The translations under genes and the position numbers were made by a program. From positions 21,337-85,336 of the forward strand of contig JBBDRP010000002.1 of the NCBI GenBank assembly GCA_040905385.1: DNA of 64,000 nucleotides. Reading direction: 5' to 3'. A model generated the notes under the pieces. That model did no database searches. It had not been told where the DNA came from and saw only the letters and a program-made list of their open reading frames with translations. The DNA comes from Minisyncoccota bacterium. Its GTDB lineage: Bacteria > Patescibacteriota > Minisyncoccia > Phycocordibacterales > SW-6-46-9. Shown here in pieces: positions 28,207 through 38,977 of this stretch (its first letter is position 1; every line of letters begins with the position of its first letter).

Positions 28207-30120
28207 GTGATGCATGACTTTCTCAATGAACTAAACGAAGCCCAGCACGCCGCCGTCACCCACACCGGCGGACCCTTGAAGGTGATTGCTGGCGCTGGCA
28301 CCGGCAAGACTCGCGTCATCACCCGACGCATTGCCTACCTGATTCATGAAAAGGGGGTAGATCCAAGCCAAATTCTAGCCATCACCTTTACCAACAAGGC
28401 AGCGGCCGAGATGAAGGAGCGCATTGCTAAATTAACCGACGCAGACAACAGCCCAACTATCTCAACCTTCCACGCCCTCGGTGCCCGACTACTGCGCCAG
28501 TACGGGCCGAAGCTCGGGATTGATGCCGGCTTTACGATTCGTGACCAGGGGCAAAGCCAGACCATGCTGAAAAACCTTATCAAGGAGGCTGGTTACGACC
28601 CCAAGCAGTGGAAGCCCAAAAGCATCGGGCGGGCGATCGGTAACCTTAAAAGCGAGGGAATGGATGCCAGCGACTTTGATCCTGGACCAACGCAGGCCGG
28701 TACCAAACTGATCGTTTCCGAGATCTGGCCCCGGTATGAGGACCAGCTACGCGCCGAGAATGCACTTGATTTTAATGATCTTATTCTGCGTCCGTATCAG
28801 CTGCTGCGGGATCATCCAGAGGTGCGAGAGCGACTCCAGCGGCAGTGGCGGCACATTCATGTTGACGAGTATCAGGACACCAGTCGCCTCCAGTACAAGC
28901 TAGTCAAGCTCTTGGCCGGGGACGTCTCGGATGTGTTTGTTGTTGGCGACGGCGACCAGACGATCTACACCTGGCGCGGAGCCACGCTCGATAATATTCT
29001 GTCCTTTGAGGAGGACTTTGTGGGCGCCGAGACGGTAACCCTGTCGGAAAACTACCGCTCGACTAAACGAATCCTGCAGGCGGCCAATGACGTTATCAAG
29101 AAGAACCAGCAGCGCGAAGACAAGGAGCTCGTAACAGGCAACAGCGACGGCGAGAAGCTGCGGCTCGTAACGGCCTACAACGAGAAAGCCGAGGCAGAAG
29201 CTATGGCCGAAACCTTCGCCCAGTATGCCCGCAGCGGTGGTGATCTGGCCGACTGGGCCGTACTGTACCGAACCAACTTCCAGTCGCGTATTATCGAAGA
29301 AACGCTGAATCGGGCCGGGATTAGCTATCAGATTACAGGTACCGGCTTCTTCCAGCGAGCCGAGGTGCGAGATGTACTGGCGTATGTGACCTTTGCGCTG
29401 AATCGTGAGTCCACCACGGATATGCGGCGGATCATCAACACCCCACGGCGAGGAATTGGTAAAAAAACCGTTGAGAAAATCCTGAACGGCCAGCTGGAGG
29501 AGCTATCCGCAAACCGACGCGAAGCGGTGGATGACTTCTTCTCGCTGATGGATACCCTGCAGACAGACATCGCCAACAACCCGCCGAGCGAAGCGATTGA
29601 GCTCATACTAAAAAAGACCGGTCTCCAGAGTGAGCTTGCTAAGAAAAAAGAGGACGAGGAGCGGCTGGAGAACGTCTACGAGCTCGTCTCTGTAGCCGCC
29701 GAGTATGACGCCGAGTACACGAGTAGCGAATCAGCCATGCGAGATTTTTTGGAGAATGCCACGCTCGCCAGCGACCAGGACAACGTCTCAGAAACCGGCG
29801 TGCAGTTGATGACGGTGCACGCCGCCAAGGGGCTGGAGTTCCCCAACGTATGGATCTGTGGGATGGAGGAGGACCTGTTTCCTCGCAACAAAGACGGCGA
29901 TCGTGAGCGGGCCGAGGAGGAGCGGCGACTTTTTTACGTGGCCTTAACGCGGGCTCAAAAGCAGATCGTACTTTCTTACGCCCAGTCACGGCGACTTTTT
30001 GGTGATCGTGAGTGGAAGACACCGAGCCCATTTCTAGAGGACATAAATAACGAACTCATCCAGCCGGACGAGGATCAAAAAAATTTTGGTGATGATGAGG
30101 ACGTGGTGTTCTTTGAATGA
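28207..30120 (+). CDS. pcrA: ATP-dependent DNA helicase PcrA/UvrD
   Basis: LNEAQHAAV, GAGTGKT, DEYQDTS, TVHAAKGLEF. Confidence 0.9.
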   Translation: MMHDFLNELNEAQHAAVTHTGGPLKVIAGAGTGKTRVITRRIAYLIHEKGVDPSQILAITFTNKAAAEMKERIAKLTDADNSPTISTFHALGARLLRQYGPKLGIDAGFTIRDQGQSQTMLKNLIKEAGYDPKQWKPKSIGRAIGNLKSEGMDASDFDPGPTQAGTKLIVSEIWPRYEDQLRAENALDFNDLILRPYQLLRDHPEVRERLQRQWRHIHVDEYQDTSRLQYKLVKLLAGDVSDVFVVGDGDQTIYTWRGATLDNILSFEEDFVGAETVTLSENYRSTKRILQAANDVIKKNQQREDKELVTGNSDGEKLRLVTAYNEKAEAEAMAETFAQYARSGGDLADWAVLYRTNFQSRIIEETLNRAGISYQITGTGFFQRAEVRDVLAYVTFALNRESTTDMRRIINTPRRGIGKKTVEKILNGQLEELSANRREAVDDFFSLMDTLQTDIANNPPSEAIELILKKTGLQSELAKKKEDEERLENVYELVSVAAEYDAEYTSSESAMRDFLENATLASDQDNVSETGVQLMTVHAAKGLEFPNVWICGMEEDLFPRNKDGDRERAEEERRLFYVALTRAQKQIVLSYAQSRRLFGDREWKTPSPFLEDINNELIQPDEDQKNFGDDEDVVFFE

Positions 30121-30123
30121 GCA

Positions 30124-30216
30124 CCCGACATCTTTTATTTTGCTTTAGCAGAATAAAAGAACGGTTGTGCGAATTTATGTCTGAATATTGTCATTAATAT
30201 GACAATATTCCTAGAC
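30124..30216 (+). repeat. structured intergenic element family A, copy 2
   Basis: CCCGACATC, hairpin, GAACGGTTGTGCGAATTTATGTCTGAAT, hairpin, ATTCCTAGAC. Starts 4 nt after the pcrA stop. Confidence 0.7.
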
Positions 30217-30344
30217 GGATTAGTCTACGATGTCTTTTTAGTCAATATTACAACTATAAATATAAGGTTTTAGGGGTCAGCGAAATCAAATGACTCAGGT
30301 CGGCACAAATATGCGATAATCACCGTACGTAATAGATAATATTT

Positions 30345-31139
30345 ATGGGAGAAAACCTCGGACAGCATTTTTTAAAGGATGAAGCAGCGCTGGCGGCTAT
30401 TGTGGCCGCCGGAAAGCTTTCGCCTACAGATACCGTTCTAGAGGTCGGGCCGGGGGAGGGGGCGCTGACGACACCATTGCTGGAGACCGGCGCAAAGGTA
30501 GTAGCAGTCGAAAAAGACCCAGCGCTGGTCGAGAAACTGCAGGAAACCTTCGCAGAAGAGATCGAGAGCGGAGAGCTGAAGGTGATTCAGGCAGATATTC
30601 GCGACCTGGATCCCGAAGAGCTTTTTGCCAACCAGCCGTACAAAGTAATTGCCAATATTCCGTACTACCTAACCGGCCAGCTGATCGAGGAGACCCTCGC
30701 CAGCCCCCATCAGCCAGAAAAAGTGGTGCTTTTAGTACAAAAAGAGGTGGCCGAACGCATCATTGCCGCCGGTGGCAAGGAAAGCATTCTGTCGCTGTCT
30801 GTGAAGGTATTTGGTACGCCCCGAATTGTCCAAGTTGTGCCACGAGATTGCTTTGACCCACCACCAAAGGTTGACTCCGCGATCCTTGAAATCAGCGCTA
30901 TTTCACGGGACTTTTTTACCAATATCTCTGAAGAAGACTTCTTTTCACTGATAAAACGCGGCTTCGGACAGAAGCGCAAAACGCTGGCCAATAACCTGGA
31001 CACCGACCCGCGATTTGAGAAGGATCAGACCAAAAAAGCCCTAGAAAAGTGCGGGTTAAAGGCCAACATCCGGGCTGAGCGACTAACGACCGATGACTGG
31101 AAGCGCCTGAAGCAGGAGTTATCCACAAGCCATGTCTAG
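30345..31139 (+). CDS. rsmA: 16S rRNA (adenine1518/1519-N6)-dimethyltransferase
   Basis: GQHFL, LEVGPGEGALT, NIPYYLTGQLI. Confidence 0.9.
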   Translation: MGENLGQHFLKDEAALAAIVAAGKLSPTDTVLEVGPGEGALTTPLLETGAKVVAVEKDPALVEKLQETFAEEIESGELKVIQADIRDLDPEELFANQPYKVIANIPYYLTGQLIEETLASPHQPEKVVLLVQKEVAERIIAAGGKESILSLSVKVFGTPRIVQVVPRDCFDPPPKVDSAILEISAISRDFFTNISEEDFFSLIKRGFGQKRKTLANNLDTDPRFEKDQTKKALEKCGLKANIRAERLTTDDWKRLKQELSTSHV

Positions 31140-31169
31140 CATCAGATTTGCTTTGCTATTATATACTTA

Positions 31170-31988
31170 GTGAACTCGTCCTATCTACCATCAAAAAAGG
31201 TCTGGATTCTTCTCAGCGTTATTTTGGTAATTACCGTTGGTTTTTTCGTACTTCGTGGTGATGAAAATAATCCATCTATTGTTTCTCAAATAAACGCACG
31301 TATTAGTGGAAATGATATTGAAGGTTCCGGCTTTCTTGGCTTTGGTAGTGACTCTCGTGATACTGAGCGAGCAGAATTTTCCAGCAATAAAACTACCGAG
31401 GCCTGGCAGGATCTCTTTCCGTATATGGCGTCTTACGTATCAGTAAGTGGTGATAAGGAAATCGCCGAAGGTGAGCTAGACCGACTCACCGAAGAGGTGG
31501 CACAAAAAATTCAGGATGAGGAGGTTGAGCTCTACACTGAGTCTGATGTACAGATTATCTCTAACGCTAGCTTTGACGATCTTGATACTTATTTTGAGGA
31601 TATGGTTACGTTCACGGCTGAGTACTACACCAATACCAGCATGGAAGACGAGCTTTTAATATTTGCCCAGGCCTCAGCTGACAATGAAGCTACAGAGGAT
31701 GAACTCAAGGAGCTTAGAGTAATTGCTGATCAATACAAGGCACTGGCCAGTGAGCTGATCCAGCTACCTGTACCGGCTTCTCTGGCCTTGATTCATCTCG
31801 AGATGGTCAACAACTACGTTGGCCTCGGAAATGCTACACGTAATATGTCAACACTACAGACCGATCCCGTTCGCTCGATGGTGGGGCTCGAGAATTACCA
31901 GCAGCTGGCCAATGAGCAAATAATCATCAGTGAAGAGCTCGGTAGGCAGATTGGTCGCCAGGCGCGATTATTAGCCGAATCAGAATAA
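31170..31988 (+). CDS. hypothetical membrane-anchored protein (first gene of T4SS-like operon)
   Basis: N-terminal TM helix (VWILLSVILVITVGFFVL) and an acidic ectodomain. Confidence 0.5.
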   Translation: MNSSYLPSKKVWILLSVILVITVGFFVLRGDENNPSIVSQINARISGNDIEGSGFLGFGSDSRDTERAEFSSNKTTEAWQDLFPYMASYVSVSGDKEIAEGELDRLTEEVAQKIQDEEVELYTESDVQIISNASFDDLDTYFEDMVTFTAEYYTNTSMEDELLIFAQASADNEATEDELKELRVIADQYKALASELIQLPVPASLALIHLEMVNNYVGLGNATRNMSTLQTDPVRSMVGLENYQQLANEQIIISEELGRQIGRQARLLAESE

Positions 31989-31994
31989 TATATT

Positions 31995-34900
31995 ATGCAA
32001 TTTTCAATACTTCAAAAAATCGTTTCAGTCACTATGACAGTAATGTTTATTCTGACCTCTGCCGGATTCGGTATGATGACACCGCGCCAGGCCCAGGCGC
32101 AGGGCATTGTTGATTTTGTAGTTCGCGGTGGGCAAGTACTGGACGGATGTGAGGGTATCACCGGGTCACGCTATCAGGCGATCGCTTCACAGCTGGGTAT
32201 TGATTTAGAAGGTGGAGTCCGAGCTGGTCTTTCTGACCTTGGAAGTAGATTACAAGATCCTGCAAGTGATCTGGGAGGTAGTATTCTTGACGGCCTTTCA
32301 AGTATTGGTGGACAGCTGTCTGACTCTGCTATTGGAGATGCTATTGGATCGCTTGGAAGTACTCTAGGAGATGCTTTTGGCAGTGCGGGAAGCGGAATTG
32401 GAAACGCGATTGGTAGTGTGGCCGGAATACTAGGAGGGCCTGTTGGAGGAATCTTGGGGAGTGTCGTAGGTGGTCTCTTTGGTGGGGGTGGTCCAGATAA
32501 AGTCGTAGAGGAGGGTTTGCGTAAAATTATTCAGCAAGGGCAGCGAATCACTCAGTTTAATCAGTCAAAAATTATTGAAAAGGAGCGTTGTCTTGACTCC
32601 TTGGCTCGCGAGGCTGGTCAGGCCGCTCTGCGTGACTTTACCAACGCCTCAGTCGACTGGCTTAATACAGGGTTCGAACGTGGTGGAGAAACGGGAAATC
32701 AGGCCTTTGTTCAGGATCTAAGCCTCTTTGTTGCTGAGGTGTCCGACAACGAGCTAAGGGAATTTACTGAAGAAGCCGAAAATGAAGGAGGTGGGTTTGC
32801 AAATACGTGCGGCTCCTTTGGACAGTCAGTATTCAGTACCGTAATCAATAATTACTTCCAGGGTACTCCAGAAAGCGGGGTTGATCCAGGTACCGTCAGA
32901 AGTACCATTGTTGCCGATGGTAACTGTCTGGCCTCCGATGCGTTCCTCCGCGGTGATTTCTCTGAAGGTGGCTGGAGTGCACTAGCCCAAAGTGTTTCCA
33001 ATAGCGGGTCCAACCCAATTGGTGCGTATCTTGAACAAAGTAATTCTTTGGATGAACGTATTCGAGAACGTGAGGAGAATGAGCGCGAAGAGCTGCAGTG
33101 GGGACAGGGATTTCTGGCTAATGAAAGTGGTGGATTTACCCCGGCCAGTGTTGTAAACGGTATCAGTAACAGACTTTTCGAAAGTGATTTTAACCGACTC
33201 GAACTCATTGATGAAATGAATGAGGTAGCTGGAAGCTTTGCTAGCTCACTGATCGGAAAGGTAACTGGGTTATCTGATGGAGGCGGTAATGATCCAGAAA
33301 GCGGAACTGGTTTATCGACGCTTGATGGAAGCAATACCGTTGGAGGAGACCAGGCAAGTCCATTTGGCTACCTGGCTGAATCATTATTAAATCGAGTTGA
33401 GGAGCAAGTCGCCATCGAAGAGGATGTCCAGCTAGCAATGGAGGATGTACTACCGTTATATCTGGATGATCGCATTGATCCACTAATAAGTGACGTGCGT
33501 AGTTGTCTAGAAACAGCCGACTTCACCAGTCAGAACATTACTGAGGTACTAAGCAGTGTAATCAATAACAAAGAGCGCTTTGAGAATAATGTACTCCGGA
33601 CACGAGTTCGGATCGACTGGCGTGGCGAGGACCTCTTCTGGCAGGGTGTGATTCGTGAACAGTCACGTAAAATGATCGGCTGGAACGGTACCGATTACAA
33701 CTGGCGTGATGACGGTGTTGAAAGCTACGCGAGACAAGGATTTTCAAATTTATGTGAAACTGATGGAGACTACGGAAATGCCCAGTATGTAATCCGGCAA
33801 GAAATCATCCCCGATCCAGAGAGGACGTTCAGTGGAGCTTTCTTTAGTCTCGAACAAGATGATGCTATTCGTTGGGAGGAGGGTAATTATGAATCTGGTT
33901 TAGATAGTGAAGGAGGAGTGTTGTATTTTGGAAGCCAGTGGATAGGAAGCGGTACGTACGAGAGTCTCGTCGGAAAGAATAATCATCGAACTCCAATATT
34001 CAATGCAGATGACGGCGGTTCTTTCTTTGACTGGCAAGATCTAGTTACGGGACAAACTCCAGCAGCCGTAAATCATAGTAAACCACCACGTGTTCATACT
34101 GTATGGGAAAAGCAGATATGTAGAGATAGTGAATGGCACGCGCAAATAACTAATATGGACCTCGATTTTCCGGATACTCCGGCCGGGCAACGAGATGCCC
34201 AGAACGCCCAGTGTGATCTGATCGGTGAACTTGAGTTTTGTATTTATCCTGCCTACAGATCGCCACGGCTAATCGCTGGAGAGATGTACCAACGAAATGT
34301 TGACGGCGGGGTAGAAGCCTCACAATGTCAATCACGAAGCGACGCTGGTACCCATTACTTTGTTCGCAGCGGTGATGGTGTCTGGAGCACGCGCCAGTGT
34401 AACACTCGCCAATCTCCACAAGGATCTGCTGTGGAGTGGGAAAGTGGTTTCCCTGACTCTACCGTACAAACCGACCGACCGGCGTATGAGACTCGAGATA
34501 CTGATACACCATTAGAAGATCAGCGAGATCTTCTTGTGAGACTCAAAGAGATACAGGCAGAACTTGAGGAAATGGTCGGAAATGATGACACCTCCGACTT
34601 CCAGAAGGTACAAGCAGATTTTTATGCCTTGGAAGATCAATTCAATAACGGTAATACCGCAGATAATCTTCTCAACAATGCCCGTACTTTTGTTGAAAAC
34701 GTTCGTTTGCTCAATGAAGCCCTCCTTGAAACTGATGAGTGTGAGGGTGGCAGCGATGACCTACGACAGTTCGGGACCGGTTTCCTGAATGACAATCCAG
34801 AAAGCGGAAATGATGGAGGAGGAGCACCTGGCCCTCTATCAATTGAATCTTTTGAAGCTAACCGATTATACGAATCTAGTACGTATGTGAGAGTTAGCTG

Positions 34901-35123
34901 GGAATCAAATGCTGAAAGTTGTACTGCTTCGGCCAACCCGAGTAATGCTGTCTGGCAGGGAGAAATAGGTCCAGATGGAGAGACTGCCCTGAACATTTTT
35001 GGAGGTAGTATACTCTCACTAACTTGTGAACGAGAGGGGGAGACAGATGTAAGTAGTAGTGTTGAAGTATTTCCACTGCAAGAACGTGGACGATTAGATC
35101 CACTAGATCCTCAGCTACAGTAG
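31995..35123 (+). CDS. large (1042 aa) secreted protein with Gly/Ser-rich GxxGS repeat region
   Basis: Signal peptide, then degenerate Gly/Ser-rich repeats (e.g. GSILDGLSSIGGQLSDSAIGDAIGSLGSTLGDAFGSAGSGIGNAIGSVAGILGGPVGG) from about residue 64 to 160, then a long Cys-containing domain. Confidence 0.6.
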   Translation: MQFSILQKIVSVTMTVMFILTSAGFGMMTPRQAQAQGIVDFVVRGGQVLDGCEGITGSRYQAIASQLGIDLEGGVRAGLSDLGSRLQDPASDLGGSILDGLSSIGGQLSDSAIGDAIGSLGSTLGDAFGSAGSGIGNAIGSVAGILGGPVGGILGSVVGGLFGGGGPDKVVEEGLRKIIQQGQRITQFNQSKIIEKERCLDSLAREAGQAALRDFTNASVDWLNTGFERGGETGNQAFVQDLSLFVAEVSDNELREFTEEAENEGGGFANTCGSFGQSVFSTVINNYFQGTPESGVDPGTVRSTIVADGNCLASDAFLRGDFSEGGWSALAQSVSNSGSNPIGAYLEQSNSLDERIREREENEREELQWGQGFLANESGGFTPASVVNGISNRLFESDFNRLELIDEMNEVAGSFASSLIGKVTGLSDGGGNDPESGTGLSTLDGSNTVGGDQASPFGYLAESLLNRVEEQVAIEEDVQLAMEDVLPLYLDDRIDPLISDVRSCLETADFTSQNITEVLSSVINNKERFENNVLRTRVRIDWRGEDLFWQGVIREQSRKMIGWNGTDYNWRDDGVESYARQGFSNLCETDGDYGNAQYVIRQEIIPDPERTFSGAFFSLEQDDAIRWEEGNYESGLDSEGGVLYFGSQWIGSGTYESLVGKNNHRTPIFNADDGGSFFDWQDLVTGQTPAAVNHSKPPRVHTVWEKQICRDSEWHAQITNMDLDFPDTPAGQRDAQNAQCDLIGELEFCIYPAYRSPRLIAGEMYQRNVDGGVEASQCQSRSDAGTHYFVRSGDGVWSTRQCNTRQSPQGSAVEWESGFPDSTVQTDRPAYETRDTDTPLEDQRDLLVRLKEIQAELEEMVGNDDTSDFQKVQADFYALEDQFNNGNTADNLLNNARTFVENVRLLNEALLETDECEGGSDDLRQFGTGFLNDNPESGNDGGGAPGPLSIESFEANRLYESSTYVRVSWESNAESCTASANPSNAVWQGEIGPDGETALNIFGGSILSLTCEREGETDVSSSVEVFPLQERGRLDPLDPQLQ

Positions 35124-35233
35124 TTTCTCTAGTAAAAACGATCTGGTAAGAAAATCATTCGTGATGAATGCTGTATGGAGGGTATAATAAACGCGTGAAT
35201 GTCTGCAGTAACCTTGTTATACATAGATAATAT

Positions 35234-37363
35234 ATGGGATTTCTTGATATAACCGTAGGTTGGTTTTTTGCTGAGACCGCTCAGATATTTTTCAATGCGG
35301 TTGCCTGGATTGTTGCCCAGATTGGATATCTCCTGGACTATACTGTTGAAAAGATGGTGCTCGAGATGGCAGAACTGGTAAATGGCATCACAGCAATTGA
35401 CGCACTGTGGTCAACCTTTCGTGATCTGGGAAACATTGTTTTTATTGGGGTGCTCCTCTACATTGCCATTCGTACAATCTTGAATGTTGGAAATAGTTTT
35501 AATACGAAACGCATCCTGGTTCGGCTAGTTATTGTCGCCTTATTTGTTAACTTCAGCCTGTTTGCTAGCAAGGTGGTTATTGATACATCAAACGTCGTTG
35601 CACTACAGTTTTACAACAGTATTCAGGTGGAGGAATGTGGTGAATCGGCCTGTAACATATCGCACTTTTTTGCCGATGTAACCAATATCTCCTCAGTACA
35701 AAGTCCCGAAGCCCTCGAGGCGCTTGAAAACGAAGGTTCCGAAGAAGGGGCCAACTTCAAGATTTTAATTGCTCGGGTTATGGGAATCGTATTCCTGGCA
35801 GTAGTAGGGTTCGTGATGGCGGCAATGGCATTTCTTTTACTTATACGCTTTGGTTTTTTGATACTGCTTATGATCGCTTCGCCGTTGGCTTTTATTGCTT
35901 TTGTTCTGCCTGGAACTTCCGACATGGGACAGAAGTGGCTACACAACCTCTTTAACCAATCATTTTTTGCCCCGATTTTATTTGCCATGGTCTACGTTGT
36001 GGCGGTACTTGGAGCGGAGCTGGCTAATGGTCTTGGTGGCAATGGTGATCTCATGGCCGCCATCTTGGATCCTGACGGGGACAACTACGGTGTTATCCTG
36101 ACATTTGCGCTGATGACCTTCCTGATGGCTTACACGCTCGTGGTTGCCAAGCAGATGGGTGGGTGGGTGACTCAAAAAAGTATGCAAGTTGGGGTAAAGG
36201 CCCGTAACTGGACTGGTGCTAAAGTTGTTGGTGCTACCGCTGCTGGTGTACGAGCAACCGCTGGACGTGGAGGGCAGAAAGCTTCAGAATCAAGAGGGTT
36301 AAAAGATGCAGCAAGTGATGAGAATAGAAATGCAGTGACTAGATTCGGGGCGCGCGCAGCACTCAAATTATCTGACAAAGCTGCTAATAGCAGTTTTGAT
36401 ATGCGTAATACCCGAGCCGGAAAAGCAGCCGGGGTTGATGATGGCAAGCAACGCAGCAGCGGCTTCCGTCAGGTGGTAGAAGAAAAGGCAGAGAAGCGCA
36501 AAGAAGAGAAGGGAATGATCGAGAGACTGTCACCGGAAGAAAAGGCTAAAGTTGAGCGGGCAAAGATAAAACAAGAACAGGCGGACAAGAGTCTGGAAAA
36601 GGCAGAGAAAGAAATAAAAAAGCTAGAAAAGGAAGCAAAAACCAGGTATGAGGATGCAAAAGAAAACGCTCAGGCTCAGTATGATAGAGTTAAAAATACT
36701 GTCGAGGAGGCGCAGCAGCAGACAAATAATGAACTTACTGATGTCACGAATAACCTCAAACAGGTGTCGTCAGCCATCAAAAAACGTGCTGAACTCGGTG
36801 ATAAACTAGCGGCAGCTCGTAGCTCTGGAGATAGACGTCTGGAAGAACGCATAGCAGCTCGCCTTAACGCACTCACAGATGATATTGATGGCGTTTCGAA
36901 CCTTGAGGATCTAGATACAAAGCAGAACGATTTGCAAGACCGAAAAAGTGATCTCGAGAGTCGCAAAGAAACCCTGCAAAGACGCCGTAATACTGTCCAG
37001 AACGCCTACAACGACCGAAAATCGCAAGCACGGAATGTCTACACTGATGAGCGCGATGAACTTAAGACCAAACGAGAAGTCGCAAAGGAATCAACTAAAA
37101 AATTCAAAAAGAAGATGGATAATGTTATTAATGTTGGAAACAAGCGTGGTGAGGGGTTCGTAGAAACCATGCTTGAACAGCAGAGTACGCTGGACAAGAT
37201 AGCTGGCTTCGCCGGGTATAAATTTGACACTACGCAAAGTCGGGCAAATCGCGACTTTGCTCTGGAAAATATTGGTGATATCAAGAGTAAAGACGAGGAC
37301 AGTGCCGGCAGAACAGCGAAAGACCGTGCCTCTAGTAAGCTCCGTAACATATATAACACCTAA
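35234..37363 (+). CDS. VirB6/TrbL-like polytopic membrane protein with long charged coiled-coil C-terminal extension
   Basis: Five or more TM helices over the first ~330 aa, then a K/E/R-rich coiled coil (EKAEKEIKKLEKEAKTRYEDAKENAQAQYDRVK...). Confidence 0.5.
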   Translation: MGFLDITVGWFFAETAQIFFNAVAWIVAQIGYLLDYTVEKMVLEMAELVNGITAIDALWSTFRDLGNIVFIGVLLYIAIRTILNVGNSFNTKRILVRLVIVALFVNFSLFASKVVIDTSNVVALQFYNSIQVEECGESACNISHFFADVTNISSVQSPEALEALENEGSEEGANFKILIARVMGIVFLAVVGFVMAAMAFLLLIRFGFLILLMIASPLAFIAFVLPGTSDMGQKWLHNLFNQSFFAPILFAMVYVVAVLGAELANGLGGNGDLMAAILDPDGDNYGVILTFALMTFLMAYTLVVAKQMGGWVTQKSMQVGVKARNWTGAKVVGATAAGVRATAGRGGQKASESRGLKDAASDENRNAVTRFGARAALKLSDKAANSSFDMRNTRAGKAAGVDDGKQRSSGFRQVVEEKAEKRKEEKGMIERLSPEEKAKVERAKIKQEQADKSLEKAEKEIKKLEKEAKTRYEDAKENAQAQYDRVKNTVEEAQQQTNNELTDVTNNLKQVSSAIKKRAELGDKLAAARSSGDRRLEERIAARLNALTDDIDGVSNLEDLDTKQNDLQDRKSDLESRKETLQRRRNTVQNAYNDRKSQARNVYTDERDELKTKREVAKESTKKFKKKMDNVINVGNKRGEGFVETMLEQQSTLDKIAGFAGYKFDTTQSRANRDFALENIGDIKSKDEDSAGRTAKDRASSKLRNIYNT

Positions 37364-37365
37364 TC

Positions 37366-37782
37366 ATGCAACAAGAAGAAGTTCTACAAAAAGCTAAAAA
37401 GAATCTTCCGGATGAGTACGTCCAAGCTGTTATTGATCTGGAACTACCAAAAAGAATTGATAAAATCAGCGAACAATATCAGTTAAGTGATATTGAGACT
37501 GATATTCTTGATCAAGAAGTAGTGTATCTACTACTCGGAATTACTGACTCACCAACCTTTACCGACCGGTTCGGAGATATTTCTGAACTTGAAAATAACG
37601 TGCTTTTAAAAGTAATCAAATCAGTCACACGAGATATCATCATTCCACTTCAAGAAAAGTTTCAGGGTGACAATGAGGAAAACTCTACCACTAGCATGCC
37701 CGTGCCGCCGCCACCACCAGCCCCGTCAGCCGGCTACGGGGGGACAAGTGATCCGTATCGCGAACCGACCGATGATCGGTAA
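37366..37782 (+). CDS. hypothetical cytoplasmic protein with Pro-rich C-terminus
   Basis: Translationally coupled (2-nt gap); ends PVPPPPPAPSAGYGG. Confidence 0.45.
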   Translation: MQQEEVLQKAKKNLPDEYVQAVIDLELPKRIDKISEQYQLSDIETDILDQEVVYLLLGITDSPTFTDRFGDISELENNVLLKVIKSVTRDIIIPLQEKFQGDNEENSTTSMPVPPPPPAPSAGYGGTSDPYREPTDDR

Positions 37783-37829
37783 CGCGAGCATTAGGTAGAA
37801 GATGGGAGGCTTGCTAAAATAAATACTAG

Positions 37830-38306
37830 ATGCAATTCCACGTTCCACAATTTATTGATGTTGAGGATAAAATCTTTGGGCCACTGTCCTTTAGGCAGTT
37901 TGTGTACCTCATCGGTGGTGCCGGTTTCTGCGTTATTCTGTATGCTCTAATTCCGTACCGGGTTATTTCACTACCATTTATTGCAATAGTCGCTAGTTTC
38001 TCACTTGCATTATCTTTTTATGAGGTTAATGGCAAACCATTTATCTATACCGTCCAGGCCGCCTTTTCGTACATAACTAATTCACACCTCTACCTCTGGC
38101 AGCGAACAGAGCACAAGGATAAATCAAAAAAACAAATCGAGAAGGAGGCAGAAGAAATTCAGCGGGTAGTGGTCAATATGTCTTCGGATCAATCAACTGG
38201 CAGCAGGCTGGCAGACAAGGCCTTCTCGGTTGATGTCGGTGAAGATAACCAGGCAAGTGAGGAGAAAGAGCCAAAACACACGTCACCTAACCGTAGTCCA
38301 AGCTAA
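37830..38306 (+). CDS. VirB3/PrgI-like small membrane protein
   Basis: EDKIFGPLSFRQFVYLIGG followed by two TM helices. Lies immediately upstream of VirB4, the typical arrangement in Gram-positive-type T4SS. Confidence 0.45.
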   Translation: MQFHVPQFIDVEDKIFGPLSFRQFVYLIGGAGFCVILYALIPYRVISLPFIAIVASFSLALSFYEVNGKPFIYTVQAAFSYITNSHLYLWQRTEHKDKSKKQIEKEAEEIQRVVVNMSSDQSTGSRLADKAFSVDVGEDNQASEEKEPKHTSPNRSPS

Positions 38307-38308
38307 TT

Positions 38309-38971
38309 ATGGCAACCGGCAAGAAAAACTCACAGGCCTCTCAGAAATTTGTACCCATCAACGAAATTCGCGACGGTGTAGCCATTCTTGATGACGGCTC
38401 ACTACGAGCAATCCTGATGGCTTCATCGATTAACTTTGCCCTCAAATCACAGGAGGAGCAGCAAGCAGTGCTGATGCAGTTTCAAAACTTTCTCAATTCA
38501 CTTGATTTCAGCGTCCAGTTTCATATTGAGTCACGAAATCTTAACATAAAACCATACCTAGAAAGTCTTAAGAAGGAGTATCAGAAGCAGGATAACGAAC
38601 TAATGAAAACACAGATCAGTGAGTACATAGAGTTTGTGCGCACCTTTACCGAGAATACAAATGTGATGCAGAAAACTTTTTTTGTGGTAATCCCGTACAA
38701 TCGATCTGTCATTTCCAGCTCAGGTGGCATCATGGAATCAATTCAAGGTATGCTAGGGGGAAGAAGTAAAGAAGATAAAGCAACCGCCAAGGAAGAGTCA
38801 TTTCAAGAAGCACACAATCAGTTACGACAGCGAATACAGATCGTCCGTCAAGGACTAGTTCGGACCGGAGTACGCGTTACTCAACTCGGAACCGAGGAGA
38901 ATATTGAGCTCTTCTATCGACTCTTTAATCCCGGTAATCTCGAGCAGAAGATTACCGATAGTAATATATAA
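38309..38971 (+). CDS. VirB4/TrbE-like N-terminal domain fragment (ends at in-frame TAA)
   Basis: FVPINEIRDGVAILDDGSLRAILMASSINFALKSQEEQ follows the VirB4 N-terminal pattern. It is in the same frame as the next ORF. Confidence 0.55.
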   Translation: MATGKKNSQASQKFVPINEIRDGVAILDDGSLRAILMASSINFALKSQEEQQAVLMQFQNFLNSLDFSVQFHIESRNLNIKPYLESLKKEYQKQDNELMKTQISEYIEFVRTFTENTNVMQKTFFVVIPYNRSVISSSGGIMESIQGMLGGRSKEDKATAKEESFQEAHNQLRQRIQIVRQGLVRTGVRVTQLGTEENIELFYRLFNPGNLEQKITDSNI

Positions 38972-38977
38972 TTATTT